Assembly: GCF_009834535.1 (NCBI RefSeq)
Contig: NC_045697.1
Span: 68,636,001-68,700,000, forward strand
Direction: 5' to 3'
From: Camelus ferus
Lineage: Eukaryota
DNA length: 64,000 nucleotides
A program made the translations under genes and the position numbers. Of this stretch, positions 52,030-64,000 are shown in pieces. The notes under the pieces were generated by a model, which did no database searches, had not been told where the DNA came from, and was given only the letters and a program-made list of their open reading frames with translations. Within the stretch, counting starts at the first letter, position 1, and the number at the start of each line of letters is the position of its first letter.

Positions 52030-53760
52030 AGTCTAAAATTGATTAAATAATATCCACTATTTGACAGTAATTGTGCCAGATGCTGGAAATAAACTGATGA
52101 GCAGGAAAGACATTGTCCCTGACTTCATCCAGCCAACCCCACAGGCGATTACACTCCAGTGTGAGAAATGGTAAGACAGAAGTACATGCAAATATGATAA
52201 CACAGGAACATACAGAAGAGACATATAACCAGATTTAGAGTATCAGGCAAAGCTTCCTAGAATACCTAATTCCTACCAAGAGGAGCTAAAAACTATTCAA
52301 GTGAAGGGCAGCAGGGCCAGGCTGTTCAACAGTCAATGACATGGTACATTCTTGCAAATGAAAGAGGTTCAGTACATTCAAACTGAAAATGAGAAGGGAA
52401 AAGAGGCTAGGGAGATAAACTAAGGTCTGGTCGTACATGCCACGATGAGGGTTTGAACTTCATCCTAAAAAAGATGAGAGACTCTTGAGTGGTAGAAATT
52501 TATCACTACATTTTCACTTTAGAAAGTGATCTGGCTGCAATGTGACTCACAGGCTGGGAATGGAGGATGAGGAGAAAGGCTGGGAGTCTGTACCGTTTTT
52601 CTGGTATAGATGATTATAGGTAAGGTATTGATGTTGAGAATGATAGAAAGAAACAAATTAGAGAAATGTTTAGTGGGTAGAAACACCAAGTGTCTGCCTG
52701 ACTGGATGGGGGGCCCAGGGGAAGAAGAACAAACAACTCCCAGGTTCAAGTGTGGTACTATTAGCTGACAGAGGAAAGCCAAAGCAGAGGACACACTTGA
52801 GGCAGGAGAGTGGACAGAGATACACGCCGCTCGAGGCACCTACAAGCACTCCAAGTGAGACGTCAGTAGGCAGTTAGATATGGGTATTAGAAGCAAGGGA
52901 AGAGAGCTCCTTGAATATGAATATCCAGCCATATGATGTAGGGAGCCAGCATATGCCACCCCAGACTTCGCCACTTTGGCGTAAGGATTATTTTGAGCTG
53001 AAGACAACTGAGAAGAAGCAGATACAAGAAAAGCTCCTTGCCCTTTCCCGATTTGCCTAAAAGCAGAACATGTATTTCCAAAGGTGTCTCTCCTCCTCTG
53101 TCTACCAGGAAGGACAAAAGTTAATCACCAGAGACAACTTTAGACCCCATCAACCTGAAGGCAGCACCAGAGGAATTTACATAGCAAACTTTACTAACTA
53201 GCCTTTATCTACTATTAGTTTCTTCCCATATATATTTACTTTCCCACACCTTGCAGTCTTTGGAAGCTTAAAACTGCTTTCCTTTGTCCTGCCAGTTCTC
53301 CACAAATGCATTGTTATTTGTGATGATGTTATACAAGCCTGAGTTTTAAGACACTGCTTTGAGTTACTTATTCTTTCCTGGTTGTCTCCCATGTACACAC
53401 AAGGTATACGTGTTAATAAACCTAAATTTGTTTTTCTCTTGTTTCTTATATTATATAAACTCCAGCTGAGAACTTAGAAGGGTAGAGGGAAAAATATTCT
53501 TCCTCTCCTATTGTATAAATCTGAACAGAGTATCTGAGCAAAAATGTGTGGAATGAGAAGAGAAAAGAGTGTAAAAAAGAGGCCTGAGAAATATCAACCA
53601 TTACAGTATGTGGAGGAAAAAGAAGACTAAGAAAAAATAGCCAGACAGATAGAAAGAAAATTAGCAAAGTATGATGTTGATGTCATGGAGGCAGGAAAAA
53701 AAAAAAAAAAAAAAAGAGGGAGGTGGGAGCATCAACACTGCCCAAATTATAGAGAGATAA
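52030..53760 (-). mobile_element. L2 fragment interrupted by a MER34-like LTR
   Basis: TGTGCCAGATGCTGGAAAT; CACTCCAAGTGAGACGTCAGTAGGCAGTTAGATAT; GATGTCATGGAGGCA. Confidence 0.75.
52937..53512 (+). mobile_element. MER34-like ERV1 solo LTR
   Basis: TGTAGGGAGCCAGCATATGCCACCCCA...GGCGTAAGGATTATTTTGAGCTGAAG...AATAAA...GAACTTAGAAGGGTAGAGGGAAA. Confidence 0.9.
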
Positions 53761-54599
53761 GTTACTGTCTCTCCATCAGAATGAGGCAGCTGTCTGTTCC
53801 ATTTTGTTCATCACGAATATCCTCACTGCATAGAACTGAGCCAAAGAGAATAGGCGTCTATTTATGATTAAAGAATACATTCCTCATCATTGTTTAATGG
53901 TCTTTAACTCATTTGAAGTCCATATCTTATTTTACATTACTGATTTATGCCTTGAATCCTTACTATATAGTAGTGAAACTTTTACAAAGGAAAATGATGC
54001 ATGCATTTGTTCAGAATTTGTTTCTAAAGAGAAAAAGAAAAACCTTCAAAAATCTGATGATATTAAAAGAAACACAAGATATGTTAGATATAACTGTATA
54101 ATTTTTTAAAAAATGTGTACCTGAGATTGTGCTGTACTTAGGTATTGACAGTTTTATTGAAAAATTATCATGTATTAAAAATTCTCTACTATGCCAGATT
54201 ATAAAGAGTATTTCAATTTAAAACTTGTTTTTCTGATTATGAGATTTTATTATAGTTGTACAATATCCACCACTATAATGTTGTATGAGGTACAAGTATG
54301 GTACCCCACTTCACTTCTCAGGTTCTGAGAAAACTCTGCTTTTATTAGAAAGAGCATACAAAAGAGAGTCAGTTTGATAAATCAGCATGTGAAAAGAGCC
54401 TGTAGGCAGAGAGAAGAGATTGAAAGAGAGCCTGTGTGGGTGGAGGAAAGGTAAACTAGGAAACAGTAGAAGATACTGAGTTGCTTTAAAGAGAATTGCT
54501 ACTCCAGGCAAATTGACTTCGAGAGCTTATGAGACACCTAACATATGACTATACTCAATGTATGAAGTGGAATAAATGAGTTCAGATATGGCATTATGA

Positions 54600-54820
54600 A
54601 TGACTTATATAGTGAACAGATCAGGGTACCAATTTAATCACTCTGTTTACTTATGGCCTTGGCATATTACTTAGCCTAGCTGAGTAATGTCTCTATCTAC
54701 AAAGGTAGGATAAACTATATATTACATTGTTGCTGTAAGAATTACATAAAATAATATATTTATTATATATATTCACTTCACTAGCACATGTCTATACCTA
54801 GTAAAAACTAAATAATAATG
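54600..54820 (+). mobile_element. degenerate MIR
   Basis: TGGCCTTGGCATATTACTTAGCCT...TTGTTGCTGTAAGAATTA. Confidence 0.55.
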
Positions 54821-55049
54821 AGAATGACAATGTCATTTTTCTCTGACCTGCTCAAAGATAATTTCACTACAATTAAGAGGATGAAAGTCATTCTAAAATA
54901 TCCTTTATCTTGCCATGAATAGCTTTTGAAGCCTGGAAATAAAGACGTAGTATTGGATTTGGAGTGTGAATACTTAAGTTCAAGTCATAGCATGTGTCTT
55001 ATTCGTACTTGAAGATGTCGTGGGCTGAAGTGTGCCTCCCTGCAAAATA

Positions 55050-55795
55050 ATGTCATTATCCATTTATCCAAACCTGTAGAATGTACAACACCAAGAGCAA
55101 ATTCTAATGTAAATTACAGACTTTGGGAGATAATGATGTATCAAAGTAGGTTCATCCCAGTGTGAACGAAAATACTGCAACCATATCAGTAAACAAAGAA
55201 TGCTGAAACCAAGTCATCAGCAGCTGCCGCCACCCCCCAGTGAGGACAGCCCCTCTGCAGCCCAGCCTCTGCAGCCACTCACAATGGTGCACTCTGAGCG
55301 GACTCAGAATAATAAAGGACAAAATAATGGCCCTAGATAGCTAGATGATTGTCAAAGGAATGAATTCAATGAGCCCAAATGTTTGCTTCCTCCCATACAT
55401 AGAAAAGCACTAAATTCTTTAACTTGAGATGCCTGGTTTTCTTTAGATAACAAGTAATCTTTTATTGTTCCAACTACCTGGTCTTTGTTGTAAAGCTCCT
55501 ATACATCCTAGCTCCTCCCCTACTTCTTTGGAGCAGTCCCTCAGAGCCATCTGAGGGGCTGTCACCCCAGCTGGAGTACTCCTGCCAAATAAAACAACTC
55601 TGAACTTTTAGGCTGCGCATTTATTTCAGTCGACCCTGGTAACAAAGGTACCACCCTGGTGGGGGATGTTGATAATACAAGAGGATTTGCATGTGTGGGA
55701 GCAGGAGAGAATATAAGAAATCTGTCTTCTGCTCAATATTTCTGTGAACCTAAAGCTGCTCTAAAGAATAAAATTTATTAAAAACAAAACAAAAA
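55050..55795 (+). mobile_element. L1MC/MB-like 3'UTR interrupted by an LTR
   Basis: AGAATGTACAACACCAAGAG...TAGGTTCATC | GTAACAAAGGTACCACCCTGGTGGGGGATGTTGATAAT...TGTGAACCTAAAGCTGCTCTAAA. Confidence 0.88.
55161..55634 (+). mobile_element. ERV1-type solo LTR (probably artiodactyl lineage)
   Basis: TGTGAACGAAAATA...AATAAAACAACTC...TATTTCAGTCGAC, with inverted ends; cleanly splits the L1 3'UTR; near-TSD CCAG/CCTG. Confidence 0.85.
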
Positions 55796-56789
55796 AGCTA
55801 ATAAAATATAGATAAATTAAAAGGGAGAAAGGTTACAGAGGTGAGCGGCTTATAATATGGAATAACCTAGTTTAGGAAAATCTTATGCTAGTTCTATATT
55901 TATTTACCACCATTTATTTACCACCATGTATGGAATGTTTAACATTATAGTTAACAGTTTAATAGTTATAATTACCTATGTTGTTAATGCTATCCACTAT
56001 AATGAAAATATAGAAGAAGAATGTATTCCTTATGATTTCTAAAAGGGAAGTCAGTTCACTTTGAAATTAATAAAACTCTAAATGCACTATGATTGCAGAA
56101 TAAAAGTAGTAAGTAAAGCTCGTTTTAAACAGAATAATTTGTTGTGCTAAGCTCTATATGTGTGTCAGGGCTTTCAATTTGCTTAGACCATACACACTGC
56201 TAAATACAACACTTAACATTTCTGAGTCGTTTTCACTTATAATTTTTTTCCTTAGAATGTGGCTTTATAATCATTTTTGATCCACATCTGCTGTTGAATT
56301 TTTTTAGTTTGCATTAGAACAAAACAAATTTCAATCTACTGAGTATCTCCACAGGAGACCTAAATTCTAGTCTCTGCTCTCTCATTATTAACTGTGACTG
56401 CAGTTATTATTATGCAAATTATAATTTTAAAGTGAGGAGTTCCTACTTGTGTACCTGGACAAAAGAACACTTATTATTCTTACAAAATTTCCTTTTCAAG
56501 CTGTCTTTGACAGTTGTCAAGCATGCAGATAATGGGTTCACAAAAGCATTCAAACTGGTGCCTAGGGTGGGTGGGTCCCTTATATCATAGTTACTTGCTT
56601 ATGGGCACTTTCACTGTCACAGACTGAGGTACCTCTTACTGTGACTACTAAATGAATTTAAGAGTAACTAAAAGCTTAAAGGCCTAATCAGTATTACATG
56701 ATATTATCTACATTCTTAATATCTCAGTAAACTAGTATACGAAGAATGTGAAATTCAGTGCAGATAAATATAAAGATGTATTTCTAAAG

Positions 56790-57165
56790 AATACAAGCAG
56801 AACGTAATAAATATCTAAACTAATTTAGTTCATGTCAGAAAGATCTGGGGATTGTCTACAAGCCCTACTGGTGCCAAGATTATAACGGGACTAGAAAGAG
56901 AATCTAATCGTAGTCCATACATAGAAGAAACATGTTATATAGCCAGGATTCAAATCAAGATTGATATGTATTTCATTCTATTTGTATCACTCAGACCATA
57001 GCACGACGAATCTGGGCAAGTCTTTCACCTCTTTTGGTCTCAGTTAAGTATGTAAAATACACATAATAAAAGCAGTTACCACATATAGTTGTTATAAGTG
57101 GACAGACATGAGAAGCACTTAGTTCTTGCATAGAATAGACACTAAAAAATGTTCATAAGAAATAT
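56790..57165 (+). mobile_element. L3/CR1-like fragment followed by MIR (~57005-57165)
   Basis: AGTTCATGTCAGAAAGATCTGGGGATT (SSCQKDLGI); TCTGGGCAAGTCTTTCACCTCTTTTGGTCTCAGTT. Confidence 0.5.
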
Positions 57166-59921
57166 ATTATCCATTAGAATCATCATGGGGCTAGAAATTG
57201 ATGGGACGGTGAGCAATTTTCCTGGTGCCCACTGCTGTCTCTGCCTTGTCACATTTCAGGAATGGAAAACAGGGAGAGTTTAAGACTCCAGTGAAAATAC
57301 GCCTATAGGACACGCGTATATGTTTATGCTCGATCTGGTCTCCCAATATGAGCACTCAAAGGGCATCTGTTTTTAAAGGCTGCATCACTTTTCTTTAAAT
57401 TGGCTTGGTTACGAACTGTTTTTCATCTCATTCTGTCTCAAGAGAAGACACTGGCTAGGTGATGTGATACAGCAGGTAGAATCTCCCTGAACCTCAGTCT
57501 GCCTTAAGGGGCTGAAATTCCTATAAGATTAATTACCCTGTTAGGTTTTTTTTTCCCTGTTAAAGTAAAAGAACTGTAGAAAGAATGATGGTAAAAGGGA
57601 GGTAGATAACATATTATCTGCCATTAATACATTAATGTAATTTTTAACCTAAAAAGTAACTCAGAACAGTTATTTATGGTTATGCATGCTATCATAAGAG
57701 TAGGAGATCAATTAATTTGTAAAATCAACATTTATTAATTGAATGTTCACTATATGCCAAGTACCCAATATATACCAGATTCTGTACAAGTTCCTAGAAG
57801 CCCTGAAGCAGGCAGTACAGGACAGATTGGAGCAGCATGAAAATACAATCTCCTAGAAATAGGTGGGTAAGATAAAAATCTAACATTAAAGATAGGAGAC
57901 AACAAACTCTCACTCTGAGTAAATCATTCTTGTTGATCTGTATCACTTCATCACTTACATCTATCATTCCACAAAGGTCTTTATCATTCCATATTTTTTT
58001 TAACATAACACACATCCTTTTTCTGAGCATTATAAGGCACAACAGAGTCTTACTTCAGGTTCCAGAATGATTTTTTAAAACACCTAAAGTGAAGAGAGTC
58101 ATTATTGGGTGCCTCCAAAAATAACTACTTTGAGTGATAAAAATATTTTTATGGAAACTGGTAACATCTCTTATATACATCTGCAGAAATAGAGATTTTA
58201 TCGCATAACCCTCAGACAAAGCACTCATCATCTACTAGAAGACAAGAAAGTGGTGATTAGAGTAAATGGTGAAATTACTTTGGTTTACATCACTAATGCA
58301 TGGAATTAACCATATTTGATGTTATTAGAGAGGAATAAGCCATCTCCCTAATCATAATCATCTTGATCCAATTCCATCCTTCAGAAATTTTAATTCATCT
58401 AACTTATAAGAAAATGTGTTAAACAAAGGCACTTCACAATATTAGTGCAATTTGCATCAAATGCACTAGAGAAAATTACCTAATACAATTTTCTAAGCCA
58501 TTTAGTATCATGAACTTGGCACTGAAAGGAGAAAATTGCATTTTATGATTTGTAGGCTGTTGAAAATATCACACACCTGAATTCACACAATCTACATATT
58601 TTTATGCAGTTTCCTCAACAAAAAGCCAAGTCTTTAATAAGCCAGAACACTAACTTGAAGATTTTACTGCATTAAACTAAAACATAAAGATAAGACATCT
58701 AGCTCTATTTGAGAAACAAACAGTAACTATAAAAGTGCTATCATCATTTCTCTCCCTCCTTTGGAATAAAATTACAAGTCTCTTCTTGTCTCTATAGTTA
58801 TTTTTTGTAAGACTTAAGGAATAAAAAGATTAAAAGGAGTACTGAAAAAAATATATGTGTATGTATTTTATCAATGTTCATCTCTACTCAATCAAAAGTT
58901 ACTGAATAAAAGGACCAAAGAGAGAAGACCAATATATTAATAGAGAACATTAATTTCCCTTGAAAAAATACTTATACTTTCTTAGAAGGTTTGTGTCAGT
59001 ATAAAACTAAATTATATAAACTAGACAGAGTTATTCATTTAGAAAATGGATCTTATAAAAAAGGCCTCTGGATTTGTAATTCCTTAGTCAGTTATCAGAG
59101 AGAGGGAGTCAAAAAAAAAATGAAGCACACAGTATTTGGAATTATGACAAAAAATGCAAGTTTTTCAGAATTTGTCTAATGAGTTCAACAGAGTAGCTAT
59201 CATTTCTATCTTATCTTCATGTGGCACATAAAATAGTGGCAATAAAATACTGTAAAGAGAATTATTCCTGAGAGTCTTCTGTTGTCTTGGTACTGCAAAC
59301 ATGGCAGGGTCACATTTCAACTTAGACACCCAAAAACTGACTCATCTTGCCAAAGGGAATAGAATGTAAAACATCACTTTAACCTCAGCATCAGAAAGAG
59401 AAATAAGATGGCAGAAAAGACACAAGGGCAGACACAGATTTCTCAGGCAAGAGAAGGAGCTGCAGGGCCATGCAAACAGAACAAAAGGCATTCCTGAGGT
59501 TAACAACTAACACAGGCAGCAAAAATTCTGCGGGACATATTAGAGCACGGGAAGCAAAGACTCTGTAGAACTCAATTTATAAAGACTGTACTTAATGTGA
59601 CCTCTGAGCAATTGCATTAGCAGGGACTGAGAATTTCTTGCAAATAGACTAAGGATCCTGAAATAAGAGATGTCAACACCAAGGAAGAAAGGCACAGAAA
59701 CAAGAGCAAAGTGACATATACAAAAGAGGAATCTAGATTAAAGGGGAATGCAGGCTACTTCTGAAGCCAAACTAAGCCTTTCTTAGCAAGAAGTCCATGA
59801 GAACCCTACAGCATACTTTTAGAATGCTGCATATATCTGTGCCTGAGGTAGCTACAAGATAAAATCCATAATGTCATATGCACGGTCATTCCCTGGTAGA
59901 GGTTCTATTATATATTTATTT

Positions 59922-59975
59922 TTATATATATATGTATATGTGTGTATGTGTGTGTATATATATATATATATATAT
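59922..59975. repeat. compound (TA)n/(TG)n microsatellite
   Basis: Direct reading. Confidence 0.95.
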
Positions 59976-60163
59976 AAAATTAATTATAATCATTAATTAA
60001 TGGACTGTATATATATGTATATAGTCTACATATATGTATAGTTCATTAATTCATGAACTTGAGAATTAAAACGCCAATCTGGAAAAATGATAATTAAAGA
60101 TGTATGGATCATGTAACTCCTACCTGATTATAAGTCAAAATCCCAGAATGTGGGGAAAAAACC

Positions 60164-60646
60164 AGTAGGTGGCCTTCTAAGATGGCCCTAATGATCCCCA
60201 TTTACCTGCATTTACAAACTTTTATGATCCCCTTCACTTGAGTGTGGGCTGGACGTGGAAAAGGAATATGACTTTTGAAAATAGGTTACATGAGTCTGTG
60301 ACTTCTGTCTGTGGCTCTTCTTGTTCACTTCCTCTGAGCTGCCTTTGTTTGTGCTGCTCTACAGACAGACACACATGACAAGGAACTGAAGCCAGCCTCC
60401 AGCCCACAGCCAAGGAGAAACTGAGGCCTCAGTCCAAAAGTCCTTGAGAAAGTGAACTGTCCCAACGGGAGGAGGCATCATTCCCCAGTTGAGACACCTG
60501 GAGGTAGCCTTGCAAGACTCGGAGCCAGGGGACCCAGCAAAGCCTCCCCCAGATGCCTGAACCAAAGAAACTGTGAGATAATAAATGCTGCTATCAGTCA
60601 TTACATGCTGGAGTCACCTGTTAAGCAACAACAGATAACTAATACA
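60164..60646 (+). mobile_element. MLT1F/G-like MaLR LTR
   Basis: CTAAGATGGCCC...CACTTGAGTGTGGGCTGGAC...AAACTGAGGCCTCAGTCCAA...AGAAACTGTGAGATAATAAAT...AGATAACTAATACA. Confidence 0.88.
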
Positions 60647-61849
60647 ATATCACTCTTTAAAGAAATTTGTCTTAAGATTTACATCTTTTCAGTTTTGTCA
60701 AATAGTCACTAAAGTTAAAACAAATGCCTGAACAAGTAAAAAACTGTATCTTCATTACATCTAGATTTGGAATAAACTGTATTAAAGTTACTGAGCAATG
60801 AGCACCTGACTGCCATTAAAGGGTATCTTTTTTTTTTTTTTTTTTTTGCTATAAATTAATGTCACATTATCAGTAGTCATTTTACCAATGAGATTTTATT
60901 TTTTTCTCTCATATCTACTTAATAAGAATGAGAAGAGAGAAAATCATCTATTTTAAAGAAAAAATAATCTAGAAATTGAAATTAATATATGACTATTATT
61001 TAAGTATTACCGAAGAATAACAGTTCTCATACAGCAAGGAGTTAAACACACAAAATGAAACAATATGTTTAAAACAGCAGAGCCTGTTTTTTATATTATT
61101 TCATTCAAAATTTAATTAAATGTTTTTGAGAACAGAATAAACAATCAAAAATATATTTTACATCTAAATCCAGTACTTCAATTTTTACGTCTGGAGGAGG
61201 GCTGTGTCCTTACTGCCTAGTAACAGCTTACTGTGGAGGCCCCCGTGCGTGGAGCAGAAAGCATAAAGTGAGTGGAGGTGAGGCGTCCCTACCCTACCAG
61301 AAGAAGGCTTCCCTGGTGTTTCTATTCACTGAGGAAGCTGTTTCAAGCCCCCAGCCCTTCTACAAGCCTTGTTTTTTATTCAGCCTCTGAAATCTGCAAG
61401 AGCTATTGAGCCTCAACTGGCTTCTCCACTGACTTTAGAGTTTAACTGCTCTCAAGTGTGACCTCACTGACCTCTGTCCTAACTTCCGATTTCAGAACTT
61501 CAGTTATTCTGTGCTGATTACTGTATTTAACCTTCAACCCTCTGTTTCTAGACTAGAGTTGTGACTGACTCAGTTTCAGCTCCTGTCTGAGTTACCTTGT
61601 TTGTATCCTATGCCACCTGCAGTTCCTATTGCCCTTTTGATAAAAAGAGCAAAATATTTTAATGAGCATTTCACTGCTCAACAATAAATATTTAATACAT
61701 ACACTGGAAGGACCTACCTTATGCAAAGCGTTTTCAACTCCTATTCTAATTTCCTCGCCTCTTCTTTCTGCAGTAAACTTCAACTGATCAAAGTGACTTG
61801 TCCTCCATATTTCTCAATCCTTCCTACTCACCAGATAAATCTGAATGAC

Positions 61850-63360
61850 AGGAAAATAATATTTAGACAGTGCTAAGTGGTGTGGAAAAGATCGGAAGGG
61901 ATATTTCTCTGTATGTATATAGTTGCTTAGTTTTGACTTTTAAAAGCATATTAATGTTCTACATATCAAGAAGATACCACTTGCAAACAGAAACAAATGA
62001 ACCTAACTCTATTTAAAATGAACAACACAGCCATACTAAAAGAGAAAAAAAGTATCCACTGTGTTTGAACATAGTACAAAGAAAATTCGGTACAAAGAAA
62101 AAGGAAACTACAAACTAATCTTGAACTCTTTCGGAAGGTTTGTTCGGCAGGTATGGGTACAGCAATTCTGAAACTATGCATGGTACAGTTGAGCAAATGC
62201 ATAAATGTGCTAGTGTGGCCCTCAGAATGGAAGAAGTAAGTAATGAATGTGCAATGAAGAAAAACAAGGAAGAACTCTGTGGCATGTGACTGAAATCAGA
62301 GGCAAGTATGAACTTAAATAACTAACTAACACACACACACACTCTCTCCCCCTCTCCCTCTCTCCTGAAAGGGCTACAAACCACATCATAACAGCAATGA
62401 GCACATCTAGTACCCAGATACTGATTTCTAAACACCATAACTTACTAAAGGAAACTGGCTCCTTGGAAAAGTGGTTGAGTCCAGCACTTGACCAGGGAAT
62501 GTACACAATGGTTCTGTGATATTTTCCTATACCAGAAATGAAATGCCCAGAAAGTGCGAAAATAAACGATGGGGGAAGGCATGGCAAAAGATCCTAGGAG
62601 CAGTTTGAAGGGGCTAGCACTGGCCAAATCTGAATGAGCATCAGAAATAATTTTTGAAGTAATGGGTTAGAATCAAGTGAATGTAATAGAGATCTATCAG
62701 TAATAACGATCATAAATACACAGGCAGATAAATTAACAAATAAAGAGGAATGGGGGGGTTCTTCTTTTACAATAAATAGTTTACTGATAAATATGGACTG
62801 AGTGTCAGAGTTAGAAAAATCCCTGTTTGGTAACCACTATAGTAAAAATTGGTTTGGGCAAGAATCATCAATTGATGCTAAATACAGGTAGAGAAAGGAT
62901 GATGAGAAACAGAATATTTATTTAATCTCAAAGTATCTCCCTATACTACTTATTAATTATAAAAAAGAATCATAGTATCTATACAGTAGATAAAATGGAC
63001 AAAACCTTAACCAAATGACCTTACCAATAAGGGACCAACAGGCACCCTGTGCCTCTAAATGTGATACCCTCAAGAATACACATATCACATACGTAGCGTT
63101 CCAACCATAAATGCATAATCTGAACCTCATCATGAAGAAACCCCAGAGAAACCAAAAATGAGAAAAAATCCCTCAACTTCTCAAAAAACATCACCATACT
63201 GAAAGACAAAGCCTATGTCAGTTTAAGGAAGACTGAAGACACATGACAACTAAATGCCAAGCACGATCTTGGATTGGATTCTGTAGCTCCCAAAAGTGGT
63301 ATAAAGAAATGAATTTCTGGGATGATAGAATATATTTGAAATGTAATTAAAACAATTTAA
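61850..63360 (+). mobile_element. old L1MC-like 3' region
   Basis: TGAGCACATCTAGTACCCAGAT...AAAGGAAACTGGCTCCTTGGA; GGCAAGAATCATCAATTGATGCTAAA; CATGACAACTAAATGC...TTGGATTGGATTCTG. Confidence 0.85.
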
Positions 63361-63892
63361 ATTACTTTTATAATTTTGTTACCAAAAACATTAGTATAGT
63401 ATATTGAAAGTTTGACATAGTAATGCAGGGACCATAATTTCTTACTGATATTAGCTGTGGGTTAGTTTCGTTACTGTACACATGTGAAAATAAATGATAG
63501 CTTTCAACTGAATCTGATGGAAGAGGAAGTATCTTCTGCAACCTGTGTGTATGATGTTGCCCCCAAGTTATCACATGATTTTAACTGACCAAGATGTACA
63601 CCTGTGTTCTCTTTAATTTCTGGACCTGACCATTTGCTCCACAATGGTGAGGCAAATTAAGAGAAATAATCCCTCAAACTGAGTTTGTGCACTGCTTAAA
63701 TACAATGCTTCCTAAAGAATTTTAAGACTAGCATCAGATTGTTGCCCTTAATTATGTATTTTATTTCTAATCTTTTTGCATGTGTTTGCTTTTTTACACT
63801 CACCTGTCATCATTTTAGTTTTCATTCAATGCACATTTTCAGAATGGCCTAGGAGTCTAATGGCAGGAGGGCTTCTAGAGGGTATAATCTAT

Positions 63893-64000
63893 TTTCTTGG
63901 GGGGGGGGGGGCGGTATTTAAGTTTGCATATTTGGTTTTCGAGGGGATACTGGGGATTGAACCCAGGACCTTGTGTATGCTAAGCAGGCGCTCTACCACT
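63893..64000 (-). mobile_element. tRNA-derived SINE (Vic-1-like), cut by the window edge
   Basis: Reverse complement AGTGGTAGAGCGCCTGCTTAGCATACACAAGGTCCTGGGTTCAATCCCCAGTA; same family as the element at 18523. Confidence 0.9.

Noticed and set aside
57794..58042. ORF with a donor-like site after DLLR (AGA|gtgaga)
   Set aside because: No in-frame acceptor found and no recognisable protein.
61592..61840. Peptide-like minus-strand stretch LKFTAERRGEEIRIGVENALHK|gtaggt
   Set aside because: There is an in-frame stop after the nearest good acceptor, and the DNA resembles a degenerate MIR (AAAGTGACTTGTCC).

Overview
AT-rich mammalian DNA that appears to be intronic or intergenic, not prokaryotic. 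It is most likely from a camelid, inferred from two Vic-1-like tRNA-derived SINEs, cetartiodactyl-type L1 3' ends, and no Alu, B1/B2, Bov-A/BovB or PRE-1 seen. The window is a mosaic of transposable-element remnants: young and old L1, HAL1, L2, MIR, CR1/L3, ERV1/ERVL/MaLR solo LTRs, and hAT and Tc1-mariner MITEs, plus microsatellites. No intact protein-coding gene is recognisable, and the ORF track is largely explained by broken L1/L2/LTR sequence or chance. The A-rich + strand and mostly + strand L1s suggest a long minus-strand transcription unit; a few splice-site-bounded minus-strand exon candidates exist but I cannot assign them to a gene. The most notable structures are: (1) a ~280 bp non-tandem local copy of an L2/L1 junction inserted 1.5 kb away; (2) three L1s that keep their 5' ends but have large internal deletions; (3) a young ERV1 solo LTR with perfect TSD and a duplicated terminus; (4) a 67-nt near-perfect hairpin; and (5) an unexplained ~480 bp segment between two collinear pieces of an old L1. 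I found no convincing novel biological system. Repeat family names come from recalled consensus sequences rather than a database search, and many boundaries are approximate.
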